Shown in pieces: positions 1 through 8,771 of a DNA stretch of 64,000 bases. The DNA comes from Patescibacteria group bacterium. Its GTDB lineage: Bacteria > Patescibacteriota > Patescibacteriia > PEXW01. Each line of letters begins with the position of its first letter. Position 1 is the stretch's first letter. Position numbers and translations under genes: made by a program. The notes under the pieces are model-generated. The model saw only the letters and a program-made list of their open reading frames with translations. It was not told the origin of the DNA and ran no database searches. The stretch covers positions 132,506 to 196,505 of the forward strand of contig JBAZBR010000003.1 in NCBI GenBank assembly GCA_041671325.1, in the 5' to 3' direction.

Positions 1-300
1 ATGGGAAATGACCAAAGGCGCGGGCTTGCCGAGCCTGGCGGCAAATTCCCGCACCGTGATTCTGGAAGGAATTTCAATTTTGCCCACTGGGCCAGAGGTT
101 TCAGCTTTGGCAATTTCATCAATTTCTTTTTCTGGTTCAAATAGTTCTGGAGTTTCCTTAAATTTCTTGATTATGCCCAAGCCGACTACATCTGAAACTT
201 TATGGGCTTTGGAGCCAATGCCAAAACCAAGCCTAGGCAAGGCTTGCCTTAAATCTTGAACCGGAATCCGAAGCCGGCGGGCGAGTTCAGTGACATTCAT
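1..300 (-). CDS. infB: Translation initiation factor IF-2, N-terminal part (runs off the window)
   Basis: Manual translation from ATG at 300: MNVTELARRLRIPVQDLRQALPRLGFGIG...IEIPSRITVREFAARLGKP, two IF2_N-like motifs. Confidence 0.85.
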   Translation of the reverse strand, partial: MNVTELARRLRIPVQDLRQALPRLGFGIGSKAHKVSDVVGLGIIKKFKETPELFEPEKEIDEIAKAETSGPVGKIEIPSRITVREFAARLGKPAPLVISH

Positions 301-345
301 AAGTGGGTGAATTCTACTAAAAATTTAGCTTAAAGTCAACAGAAA

Positions 346-374
346 TACCCCGGAAAACTGCGTTTCCCGGGGTA
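346..374 (-). terminator. Intrinsic terminator-like hairpin after 390-902
   Basis: ataccccgg-N-ccggggtat inverted repeat. Confidence 0.55.
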
Positions 375-389
375 TGAGTAAAAATCGAT

Positions 390-902
390 TCAAACCAATC
401 CGTGTTTTTTCAAAGTATCAGCAAAGAGCCTTAGGCCAGCTTCGGAATCAATGTGATAGCCGATGATATACGGTTTGGCGCCAACCGAAGCAAGATCGTC
501 AGAAAATATATACTTGTCCAGCACCTCGGCGGAAAGTAAATTTTTCTGGATGAGGCTGTCATAACCTGCTTTTTGATCGGTTGGGATGATTTCTTTACCA
601 GCTGAAGTAAGCCACTTAACCCATGGCTTTTCGGGAGGTGGGCAACCACCGTTCCCTTCAATTCGGATGTCAGTTTTGCCGATTGGGTCGGCATACAATT
701 CCTGCGCGACTTCAAGCGGTAATAGGCCTTTAACGCGCCAGTAACTCCAAGCACGGGTGAAGCTAAAACCTCCAAGTTGACCAGTAAGAGAGTAAGGAAC
801 TTCATCCCCAACCCTGTCTACGCGCATCCCTTGAATGCCAGATCGTAGTAATTCATTTTCAATCTGCAGATCGCAATCCTGATTGCCAGCTAGGTTTTTC
901 AT
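390..902 (-). CDS. Hypothetical protein
   Basis: 170-aa ORF with AGGAGG RBS, TTGACT upstream and a terminator downstream. Confidence 0.75.
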   Translation of the reverse strand: MKNLAGNQDCDLQIENELLRSGIQGMRVDRVGDEVPYSLTGQLGGFSFTRAWSYWRVKGLLPLEVAQELYADPIGKTDIRIEGNGGCPPPEKPWVKWLTSAGKEIIPTDQKAGYDSLIQKNLLSAEVLDKYIFSDDLASVGAKPYIIGYHIDSEAGLRLFADTLKKHGLV

Positions 903-1045
903 GAAAGCCTCCTGTTTTTGGTATGTTTGGATTTTCCGATTAACTTAGCACAGGCTTTTAAAAAGTCAATAGAAAACCCGGTTTTTAACAGATTTTTAAA
1001 ACAGAAAACCCCGCGAATGACCGCAGGGTTTTAAAAGAGATTAAT

Positions 1046-1624
1046 TCAATTCGCCTTGTGCCTGACTATTTCATCAAGCACACTGGCAATTTCCGCGATT
1101 CTCAGCCTGTATTGCCGGACAGGACAGACCTCGTCATGCTGCCGAATACCAGAGGCAGTCACATCATATGTTTGGTGGCAGTATGGACATTTGCCCTGTC
1201 CGTCGACTGTATGGCATTGGCATGCACAACCGTCTGCTCCAGTCAGCGTCTGTTGCGCGTCAGGCTCTTGCGAATGCGCAAGTTGATAGGCTGCGCAGTT
1301 TTTCAAATGCGCTTCCATATTGCCCATGATGTGGAAATGGCAATATGAACACCAAGAGCAACCACAAACCAGATGCATTTTACGGGGTCCGGGATTTTCC
1401 TGGTGGCAGGTACACCGGCAAAGACCCCAAGAGGCATCATTGGCCGAGATTTGCAGATTCTGTTCCGCGGCATGGCATTTTTTTGCATGGTCATCTTGAT
1501 GGCCGACCTTGATATTTTGGCCGCAAAGCGGACAAATATCGCAACAAGCCCTGCAATGTTTCACGCCGGGATGTATATGGCATTGGCAATCGCAAACATC
1601 AAAATCTGGCGTGCAATTGTTCAT
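1046..1624 (-). CDS. Cys/His-rich repeat protein, putative multi-zinc-finger
   Basis: Three CxCxCH...CxxC-x10-13-HxxxC repeats; AAGGAG RBS; hairpin terminator at about 1005-1032. Confidence 0.75.
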   Translation of the reverse strand: MNNCTPDFDVCDCQCHIHPGVKHCRACCDICPLCGQNIKVGHQDDHAKKCHAAEQNLQISANDASWGLCRCTCHQENPGPRKMHLVCGCSWCSYCHFHIMGNMEAHLKNCAAYQLAHSQEPDAQQTLTGADGCACQCHTVDGQGKCPYCHQTYDVTASGIRQHDEVCPVRQYRLRIAEIASVLDEIVRHKAN

Positions 1625-1748
1625 TTTTCAAACTCCTTTTTTGTGATCTTGGTTTTGCTAAAAGTTTAGGCTTTTATAAAAATCTGTCAAACTAAAAAAA
1701 TAGGTCTAAGAAACATTTAAGCCTTTAAATAAAATCTATTTTCTGTAA

Positions 1749-2492
1749 TTAAAAATCGCGTTTTTTGCCGACTATAATCTTGATTCGCTTTGGCACAACT
1801 TCAATTGTGGCCGGGGTTTTAATGATGGTTTCGCCATCGGCCATGATTGGCATGGAATCCCCGCCACTCCTGATAGTTAATTTTTTAAAGGGGAAAACGC
1901 TTTTTTTTGAATAGCTGGGTTTTTTCATGAAACCAAAAATTGATTTTTCAGCCTGGGGCCTGACGATTACTTCTAATTTGCCGTCATGCGGGTTGCTGGC
2001 TTCACTAAAATTCGAAATATCAATAGTGGAAGGGGTGACAGTTGAAACTTGGAATTGGTTATCGCAATCTAAAGTTAAAGTCCGGCAATCTGGAACATGC
2101 AAAGCCGAAAGGAAATACCGGTTATTAACCCTTCCCAAATCCAAAGCGCTGGTAATTCTGGCTGAAAGAGTGTCGCAGGCTTCCATGCCATACGGGATGC
2201 CAAGTGATTGAGCGATAAGCGTTGGTTCGCCTAAAGGAATTATGCCAATAGTAGTCTTAAATTCAGCTAAAGTTGAAATGGCGTTGTTAATTAATTTGTC
2301 AGTGCCAATCAAAACAATAGTTTCGGACTGGTTTCTGACTGCATCTTTAATCGTTTCGGCCAAGCTTTTTAAAATAGTTAATTTTTCAACCCGCCCGCGG
2401 ATTTCCAATTCAATCAAACGGTTTTCGATCTTAGTAAGATCGGCTTCGTATTTCTTATTATTAATTTCTGATTCAACTATATAAGTGTACAT
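1749..2492 (-). CDS. Diacylglycerol kinase family (YegS/BmrU-like) protein
   Basis: IGIIPLG...IAQSLGI, LDLGRVNNRYF, DGKLEV and ADGE motifs; GGDG motif degenerate (GTDK). Confidence 0.8.
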   Translation of the reverse strand: MYTYIVESEINNKKYEADLTKIENRLIELEIRGRVEKLTILKSLAETIKDAVRNQSETIVLIGTDKLINNAISTLAEFKTTIGIIPLGEPTLIAQSLGIPYGMEACDTLSARITSALDLGRVNNRYFLSALHVPDCRTLTLDCDNQFQVSTVTPSTIDISNFSEASNPHDGKLEVIVRPQAEKSIFGFMKKPSYSKKSVFPFKKLTIRSGGDSMPIMADGETIIKTPATIEVVPKRIKIIVGKKRDF

Positions 2493-2500
2493 TAAATAAA

Positions 2501-2887
2501 TTATTTTACTTTTTCAATCTTTTCAGGAATATAAGTTTCAGAAGTCATAATACATTTACCATTAAGTATTGCCCCAGGTTCAATTGCTAAAGAACTTGTT
2601 TCAATATTGCCGATCAATTTTGCGGAGGAGGTTACCTGTAATTTGCCATTAGCTTTGATATTGCCATGAACCTCTCCTGCCAAGTAAACATCCTGGGCTT
2701 CAATGTTTGCTTTAACTCTAGCGCCAGTGCCAATGCTGACGTTATGCTTGGTTTTAAGTGTTCCCTGTAATTGGCCTTCAATAATTACATTTCCTTCACC
2801 GGAAAAATTACCCTCTACCTTGACTGAAGAACCAATAATTGTTTCTGTTTGTTTGGAAGGGGTTGAATCAGGCTTGAACATAGCCAT
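2501..2887 (-). CDS. Bactofilin (polymer-forming cytoskeletal protein)
   Basis: ETIIG..VKVEGN...VIIEGQLQG...IGTGARVKANI...LAIEPGAILNGKC beta-helix pattern. Confidence 0.9.
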   Translation of the reverse strand: MAMFKPDSTPSKQTETIIGSSVKVEGNFSGEGNVIIEGQLQGTLKTKHNVSIGTGARVKANIEAQDVYLAGEVHGNIKANGKLQVTSSAKLIGNIETSSLAIEPGAILNGKCIMTSETYIPEKIEKVK

Positions 2888-3024
2888 ATATTTATAAATT
2901 AATAATAAAGGCTTATATAACGAGATTGTACTTTAGGATAAGATAAAGGTCAAAAATTGTGCATAAATAAAATGTTCGCTACACTGCATGACGTAAAAGC
3001 CCAATTAATTAACAATTATTATGA

Positions 3025-3198
3025 GTGAAAATTTACACTTTCAAGCCTTGAATATAAAAAAGGATTTAAAAACTTTATTAATTTTAATAATTTGCATCGG
3101 ATTATTTTTTGGACTAATTCTAGTATTAGAAGAAAAAACTGGAATTATTGAAACAATAATTGCTAAATTGCATTTAGCGACACTTGGAAATAGCTAAT
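3025..3198 (+). CDS. Possible small membrane protein
   Basis: GTG-start ORF ...KKDLKTLLILIICIGLFFGLILVLEEKTGII..., one TM segment; below ORF-track cutoff. Confidence 0.4.
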
Positions 3199-3211
3199 AT
3201 TAGCCATTTTT

Positions 3212-3286
3212 GCCCCCGTAGCTCAATGGATAGAGCTATCCCGTCCTAAGGGAGAGATGGAGGTTCGATTCCTTTCGGGGGCACCA
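3212..3286 (+). tRNA. tRNA-Arg(CCT)
   Basis: GCCCCCG/CGGGGGC acceptor stem, anticodon loop GTCCTAA, GGTTCGATTCC T-arm, encoded CCA. Confidence 0.93.
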
Positions 3287-4720
3287 CCCAGAATATGAGG
3301 CGCTTTGCGCCGCTATACCCCAGCCCAAATGGGCTTCAAATCGAAGCGTTTTGCCTTTCAAAAGAAAGTTCGAGCCGATATTTTTCATTGAATTCTTAAT
3401 TTCCAAGAGGTCGCGCGAGATTGCGACTTTTTTGGCTTGTTTACTTAATAAAATGAACTCTCGCATTGGTTCGAGCCAAACTAAACCCTCGCCCCGTAAT
3501 TGAGCGAATTTATCCTCAATTCTCACTTTTTCATTTACAAGCGTATCTTTCTTAGATAAATACTCCGAAGTGGTAATTGAACGCTCCAATTTTGCATCTA
3601 AAAGATTATCCAGCTTCTTTTCCACAACAACCAATGTATCTTTTTTCTTTTGGGCGAGGGCTTGAGTGGTCTGCTCGTTTCTCTCTTTTTCTTGGTCTAG
3701 CTTGACCAACATTTTATCCGCCCAGTCATCACGGATGGAATGAGTGGCTAAGGTCGCCCTCATTTGCTCCACTAGCGCTTCTTCACGCAAGAATTTCGTT
3801 TCACATCTGCCTTTCTTTTTGGTACAGCGGTAATACGTGTGTCCCTTCTGGCTTTCTGCCGTAATGTAGCAACCGCAAGAAGCGCATTTAATCAAGCCAA
3901 GAAAGGCAAAGTTATGTTTCTTTATTTCCCTCGCGCGACCTCGTTTACGCATCATCGCCTGGGCTTTATCAAACAATTCCCTTGAGATGAACGTATCATG
4001 GCTTCCCTGGTATGTCTCCCCGCAATAAGTAAACACGCCGCAGTAAAAAGTGTTTTTAAGCATGTTTTGTATCATGCTGGCAGAGTTTGGGTGGTTGTAG
4101 TGGCTTTTGAGCTTCACACGATTACACCAGTTGGCTAGAGCAGTTAATGTCCAGTCGCCGGTTACATACATAGTAAATAGCTTTTTGACTATTTTCGCTT
4201 CTCGTTTTTCAATGAGGATATTTCTACTTTTGGCGTCGTTGAAATAGCCAAGTGGCGCCATAGACGGCCACACACCGCGTCGTAGCTTCTGTCGTAGCCC
4301 ACGTTTCACGTTTTCCGATAGATTGTCTATGTAATACTTACTTTGTCCAAAAGCGATATTCAGCATGAATTTCCCTTGCGGCGTGTTCTCAAACCAAAAC
4401 GTGGGGAATTTCAGATTTTGGATTTTATCCCGATCGGTCAGGTAAATGACCTGTCCGCCGTCTACGGGATTTCTGGCCAGCCGATCAGGATGCCAGGCGA
4501 TGATGCCATTGGCTTCGCCCTTTTCTATTCTCTTCAGCATTTCATTGAAGATTTTCCGTCCGGGTTCTTTGGCAGTTTTTGCCTCGCAGAGCGAGGCGAC
4601 GATTTCAAGTTTTTCTTTGGCGGCAAATTCTTTTAATTCATCTATTTGAGATTCAATGCTTAACACCTGACGATCTTCCTCGTCAGTAGATTTCCTGGCA
4701 TAGAGAAAATATTTGTTCAT
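3236..4720 (-). CDS. Large serine recombinase (resolvase, recombinase and zinc-ribbon domains)
   Basis: YARKST catalytic motif, DRLARN, CASCG...YYRC zinc ribbon, coiled coil; C-terminus reads through antisense tRNA. Confidence 0.95.
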   Translation of the reverse strand: MNKYFLYARKSTDEEDRQVLSIESQIDELKEFAAKEKLEIVASLCEAKTAKEPGRKIFNEMLKRIEKGEANGIIAWHPDRLARNPVDGGQVIYLTDRDKIQNLKFPTFWFENTPQGKFMLNIAFGQSKYYIDNLSENVKRGLRQKLRRGVWPSMAPLGYFNDAKSRNILIEKREAKIVKKLFTMYVTGDWTLTALANWCNRVKLKSHYNHPNSASMIQNMLKNTFYCGVFTYCGETYQGSHDTFISRELFDKAQAMMRKRGRAREIKKHNFAFLGLIKCASCGCYITAESQKGHTYYRCTKKKGRCETKFLREEALVEQMRATLATHSIRDDWADKMLVKLDQEKERNEQTTQALAQKKKDTLVVVEKKLDNLLDAKLERSITTSEYLSKKDTLVNEKVRIEDKFAQLRGEGLVWLEPMREFILLSKQAKKVAISRDLLEIKNSMKNIGSNFLLKGKTLRFEAHLGWGIAAQSASYSGWCPRKESNLHLSLRTG

Positions 4721-4744
4721 ATATTTTTAAGATTAAGAATTAAG

Positions 4745-5020
4745 AGGGGGAAGTGCGCTTCTGGCCCCTCCGCTTCGCGGAGAAAGGCAAAACGCTTCGA
4801 TTTGAAGCCCATTTGGGCTGGGGTATAGCGGCGCAAAGCGCCTCATATTCTGGGTGGTGCGGTCTTTTTGAGAAAATACGAACCGAGTTTGCGGGCGGCG
4901 GCTCGCGCGCGGAGGAGACCCAGCCGCCGCCCGCTGCCGCGCCGTGTTAAAAAACTACCAAAGAACCCTAGAAAAATATCGACTCTCACTTTCTTTTAGG
5001 CCAGAAGCGCACTTCCCCCT
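4745..5020. repeat. 22-bp perfect inverted repeat enclosing the attP copy
   Basis: agggggaagtgcgcttctggcc (4745-4766) / ggccagaagcgcacttccccct (4999-5020). Confidence 0.92.
4782..4945 (-). repeat. Inverted internal copy of reconstituted attP
   Basis: 4782-4860 is the reverse complement of 3281-3359 (79 bp); 4854-4945 is the reverse complement of 6440-6531 (92 bp). Confidence 0.92.
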
Positions 5021-5029
5021 ATTGCTTTA

Positions 5030-5059
5030 AGTCCAATTTGGACTATTCCATACTGGACT
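5030..5059. promoter_or_regulatory. Tandem palindromic operator candidates for the XRE regulator
   Basis: AGTCCAattTGGACT followed by ATTCCAtacTGGACT, between divergent genes. Confidence 0.55.
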
Positions 5060-5086
5060 TTATCATGAATTTGTGAAACAATCAAT

Positions 5087-5308
5087 ATGAATAGCGAAAT
5101 CTACTCAAAAGAACATAAAAAGCTCATAGAACGCATAATACAGGCCCGAAAAGAGGCAGATTTAAGCCAGATGGAAGCAGCCAAGCGACTTGGCCGATCC
5201 CAGTCTTATATCTCAAAAATCGAGGTTGGACAGCGGAAGATTGACGTGATTGAGTTGAAAAAAATTGCCAAAGTATATAATGTTGCCATCAGTAGTTTAA
5301 TTAATTAA
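5087..5308 (+). CDS. XRE-family helix-turn-helix regulator
   Basis: ARKEADLSQMEAAKRLGRSQSYISKIEVGQRKIDVIEL. Confidence 0.92.
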   Translation: MNSEIYSKEHKKLIERIIQARKEADLSQMEAAKRLGRSQSYISKIEVGQRKIDVIELKKIAKVYNVAISSLIN

Positions 5309-5326
5309 TTTTTTTAAAATATATCT

Positions 5327-5950
5327 ATGATTTTTCTGTACATTTTATTAGCCATAATAGCATATATACTTTGGCGCATTTATCGCCAAAAGGAAGTGGA
5401 AAAAGAACGAATTACAAGTGAAAAGTTTAACGCTGAATGGGAACAAATTAGGAAAGAAGAATTTAAAAACTACCCTCATTTGATTGGAAAAGTTGATTAC
5501 GCCTGGCTTGAGCTTTTTGGGAAAGTTTTTGTCGAAAAAGATATGTCACACATAAACGCTGCTTTTTTAATATATGCAAAAGAAGCAAACAATACAAAGT
5601 TAGATATTATTGAGGTGGATCATCTATTTGACTCATTATGGGATCTTTCAGAGGAGCTCCTTGAGCATTTGGAAAAATATCACGAAAGCACTAAATACGA
5701 ATATGAAATAGCAATTCTTGCATTTTGGCAGATTGCCGCGCAAGGAGCTGACTCTTTTGTTGGAAAAGATATTGAAACAATAACAAAGATGTTCCAATCT
5801 GCCCCATTTACCGACATAGAAAAAATTCCTTCATGGTTTCCTAAAAAAGATAATCATCCAGTTAAAGAACTTTCTTTTAGAGGTGAAAACGCTAATTTCC
5901 CAAGAAAATCTGAAGGCTCGAAACTAATTCACGAAAGAATAACAGTCTAA
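5327..5950 (+). CDS. Hypothetical protein with N-terminal membrane anchor (element cargo)
   Basis: 207-aa ORF, hydrophobic N-terminus. Confidence 0.7.
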   Translation: MIFLYILLAIIAYILWRIYRQKEVEKERITSEKFNAEWEQIRKEEFKNYPHLIGKVDYAWLELFGKVFVEKDMSHINAAFLIYAKEANNTKLDIIEVDHLFDSLWDLSEELLEHLEKYHESTKYEYEIAILAFWQIAAQGADSFVGKDIETITKMFQSAPFTDIEKIPSWFPKKDNHPVKELSFRGENANFPRKSEGSKLIHERITV

Positions 5951-5971
5951 GAATTTGAAGCTGACAAATGA

Positions 5972-6400
5972 TTGCCGAAGATGAGCATATATAATAAAAC
6001 AAGAAAAATACCATTCGTATATTACTTATGCTATTTATTATGGATTTTGTTTATATGGGTTCTATTGTTGTCCCTCGAAATTAATATTACTTTAGAGTTC
6101 CTGAAAGAATATCTAAAAGTTGTTTTAAATACATTTATTGCAACAATTGTACTCATATTTGCGATTCAAATACCGCGTTTAGAAAAATTCAAAGACGATA
6201 AAGAAAAACAAACTGAAATAAAGAAAGATTGGGGTAAATTTCTGCAAAGATTTGTATTATTAATAATTTTTATCTTAGTAACTTTTCTTTCTCTAGAATT
6301 TTTTATTTTTGGTTTCTTAAAAGATTTTGTTTTGGCAGTAACGATTGTTGGACTGTTTTATCTTTTTAAATCTATCTTTTCATATCTAAGGAATATTTAA
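5972..6400 (+). CDS. Hypothetical 4-TM membrane protein (element cargo)
   Basis: Four hydrophobic segments, very AT-rich; start uncertain. Confidence 0.65.
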   Translation: MPKMSIYNKTRKIPFVYYLCYLLWILFIWVLLLSLEINITLEFLKEYLKVVLNTFIATIVLIFAIQIPRLEKFKDDKEKQTEIKKDWGKFLQRFVLLIIFILVTFLSLEFFIFGFLKDFVLAVTIVGLFYLFKSIFSYLRNI

Positions 6401-6906
6401 TTAGAACTTGCCGCTAAAGAAAAACTCGAAATCGTCAAAACGGCGCGGCAGCGGGCGGCGGCTGGGTCTCCTCCGCGCGCGAGCCGCCGCCCGCAAACTC
6501 GGTTCGTATTTTCTCAAAAAGACCGCACCACGCGTCATCGCTTGCTTCACCCTTCGCGTGCTTGAGGTCTCAAGCCCGCTGCGGGTTCCTCAAGCGTGCC
6601 ACTTTCCCCAATTTATAAAAAATAAATCGGGGACCCCATAAAATCACTTATAACTCTCTGCAAGGTTATCGCTTTTCCTCCCGAATGCTTGCTCCTTCCC
6701 ATCAACTGAGTTCGGAGTCGTGCGCACCTCATTCGTGAAGCTATGTTCCAGGCGCAGCCCGCTCTCCCTAAATTTTAAATTTGAAAATTTAGAGGCACCC
6801 ATTCAATTGATTATTTCGCAGACAGCAGCTTATCATATTTAAAAATGTTACACGTGCCTGCCCGCCATCTGTAAATACTCCTATGTTTTATATACAATTC
6901 ATGAAT

Positions 6907-6922
6907 TGTTCCACGTGGAACA
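6907..6922. promoter_or_regulatory. parS site
   Basis: Perfect palindrome TGTTCCACGTGGAACA matching the parS consensus. Confidence 0.85.
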
Positions 6923-7176
6923 ATTTCAGTAATATAGACTAGGCATGGCAGGCGGGGAACGTTTTATAGATAAACTGTATTAACAACCAATTTAGCCTAT
7001 GGTTTAATGGTAGACTTTCCCGTCGAACCGCCTGTCTGCCGGTAGGCAGGGCAATGCAGGCGGGACGCGTCATTCGCACCCGCCTACCGGAGTACGGGCC
7101 GTTAGCTTCCGTCTTTACGAAGACGCTTCGTCGGACAAGCAGTTGGCAGAATTTTAACATAAATGACTTAATTTCC

Positions 7177-7250
7177 GGGGATATCGTATAGCGGTAATAC
7201 ACGGCATTCGCATTGCCGAGACCCGGGTTCGATTCCCGGTATCTCCACCA
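7177..7250 (+). tRNA. tRNA-Ala(CGC)
   Basis: GGGGATA/TATCTCC stem with G3:U70, anticodon arm CGGCA-TTCGCAT-TGCCG, GGTTCGATTCC, CCA. Confidence 0.92.
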
Positions 7251-7607
7251 AGCCCGTACGGCATATAGGTTACCGAGGAGGTGGTCCCCCGCCTGCCTCA
7301 CAAGTGAGTCAAGTGGGCAGGGATTCCGCCTAGGCCCACCACGCGTCAATCCTTGCGTCGGGTTACGTGTGCTCAAAGTCTTGAGCCCACTCCACCCTTT
7401 ACAAGATTGCCGCTTTTCCTCGCAAACGCGTGCTCGTCCTGCATAGCAGGACTGCGCTCCACGCTTGCTTGGTAGATCCTGCAAGCATCCCGCTTACCCA
7501 ATTTCATTGGTATTGATGATGAAATGGGGACTCCTAATAAGTAAAATGTTCCACGTGCTTGCCCGCCACCTACAATTTATTCAATATTTACTTTATAATT
7601 ATTAAAA

Positions 7608-7623
7608 TGTTCCACGTGGAACA
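7608..7623. promoter_or_regulatory. parS site
   Basis: Perfect palindrome TGTTCCACGTGGAACA. Confidence 0.85.
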
Positions 7624-7695
7624 ATTTCAAACTTATCCCAAGGCATGGCAGGCGGGGAACATATTGGAAATAAACGCTATAATTAGCAAAAATAT

Positions 7696-7766
7696 GGGCC
7701 TCTAGTCCCGACTCCGCTATGCGGAGTCGAGGATCCACGTCCCGCCAAGCGGGACGGGACTCATTT
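7696..7766 (+). pseudogene. 5' fragment of tRNA-Ala(GGC) interrupted by a 54-bp palindromic element
   Basis: gggcctctag + [tcccg...cggga, 7706-7759] + ctcattt equals the first 17 nt of the tRNA at 7824. Confidence 0.65.
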
Positions 7767-7823
7767 AGAACAAATCTATATTTTTTCAGGCTTTTGATTG
7801 ATATATAATGTAGTATATTTTCT

Positions 7824-7899
7824 GGGCCTCTAGCTCATTTGGTAGAGCGCTTCCATGGCATGGAAGAGGTGAGGAGTTCGAGCCTCCTGAGGTCCACCA
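7824..7899 (+). tRNA. tRNA-Ala(GGC)
   Basis: GGGCCTC/GAGGTCC stem with G3:U70, anticodon arm CTTCC-ATGGCAT-GGAAG, CCA. Confidence 0.93.
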
Positions 7900-8212
7900 C
7901 GAATCATCACGAACTTCACCCTACATTTGCTCGCTTAGGCGAGCCTATTTCGGGTTACGTTCGTGTGCTTCTTACCCCAAATATTAGTTCCTAATATTTG
8001 GGGACCCCATGAAGTGGGGTTTCACAAACGTGCCGCTTACCCCAATTTTTTGATAAAAAATTGGGAACCCCATAATACATCGGGTTCCGATTGTGTACCA
8101 CTTAACAGGGTTTATAAAAGTAAATAATCACGAAATCTCGCTTCCCCACACGCCAGTTTCGCCGCATGGGGTTCCCTGAATGAAAAAAATGCGTTAAGTA
8201 GACTGCAATGCT

Positions 8213-8746
8213 CTAATCGGCAGTGGAAATTTGGCTACCGAGGTCTTTTGTTAATGCCCACCAGAGCGAGGTTTTTGTTACGCGGGGCAATGAACCGGCC
8301 TCTGTGTTTGGGATGGAAAGGATATCGTTATAAAGGTTCGCCTCGATGAATTTTCCTTGCGTGAATATAGAAACCAAGGTCGGATAGTCGGGATTTGGAT
8401 GATAAAGTAAGCTAACTTCCCCATTTTTCTTAGTAACATCCCTAAGCATAAGAATTGGCCGGTAATCGCCTTCAGAAACTTGGAATGGGTCATCTTTTGG
8501 AGCGAGAGCTGTATAAGCGTAAAAGCGGAAAGTACTGGCAAATGTAGGGCTGAGATGGTAATAAAAGCCAACTAGAATGATCGCAAATCCAAAAAGCATA
8601 AAAAGGCCACCTATTGAAACTACGATACGTCTCCAAAGACTGGTATGTTTTTTAACAATCACCCGGATGGTAGCCACTACTACAATAAGCCAAATTGGCA
8701 GGAGGACAAGCATTGGTATGTAATTTGTTCCAAGGTGTGATTCCAT
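8213..8746 (-). CDS. Hypothetical membrane protein
   Basis: 177 aa, two N-terminal TM segments. Confidence 0.7.
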   Translation of the reverse strand: MESHLGTNYIPMLVLLPIWLIVVVATIRVIVKKHTSLWRRIVVSIGGLFMLFGFAIILVGFYYHLSPTFASTFRFYAYTALAPKDDPFQVSEGDYRPILMLRDVTKKNGEVSLLYHPNPDYPTLVSIFTQGKFIEANLYNDILSIPNTEAGSLPRVTKTSLWWALTKDLGSQISTAD

Positions 8747-8771
8747 AAAGTTTTCATTAAAGGCTAAATGA

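Larger units (their letters stand above)
3281..6531. mobile_element. Small integrative element at the tRNA-Arg 3' end (serine recombinase, XRE regulator, two cargo genes)
   Basis: Core GCACCAC repeated directly at 3281-3287 and 6525-6531; both arms are joined across the same core in an internal inverted copy (4782-4945). Confidence 0.85.

Noticed and set aside
3281-4945. Diversity-generating retroelement TR/VR pair
   Set aside because: Copies are exact with no adenine-biased mismatches, and no reverse transcriptase is present.
4753-4950. 65-aa ORF identical to part of the recombinase tail
   Set aside because: Product of the inverted attP copy; no evidence it is an independent gene.
6990-7341. 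tmRNA or other large known ncRNA
   Set aside because: The GGTTCGATTCC...CCA end belongs to a complete tRNA-Ala; no tag reading frame recognised.
6408-7484. ORFs 6408-6641, 6939-7484 and 7213-7446
   Set aside because: They overlap attR, tRNA-Ala and palindromic repeats; composition is not protein-like.
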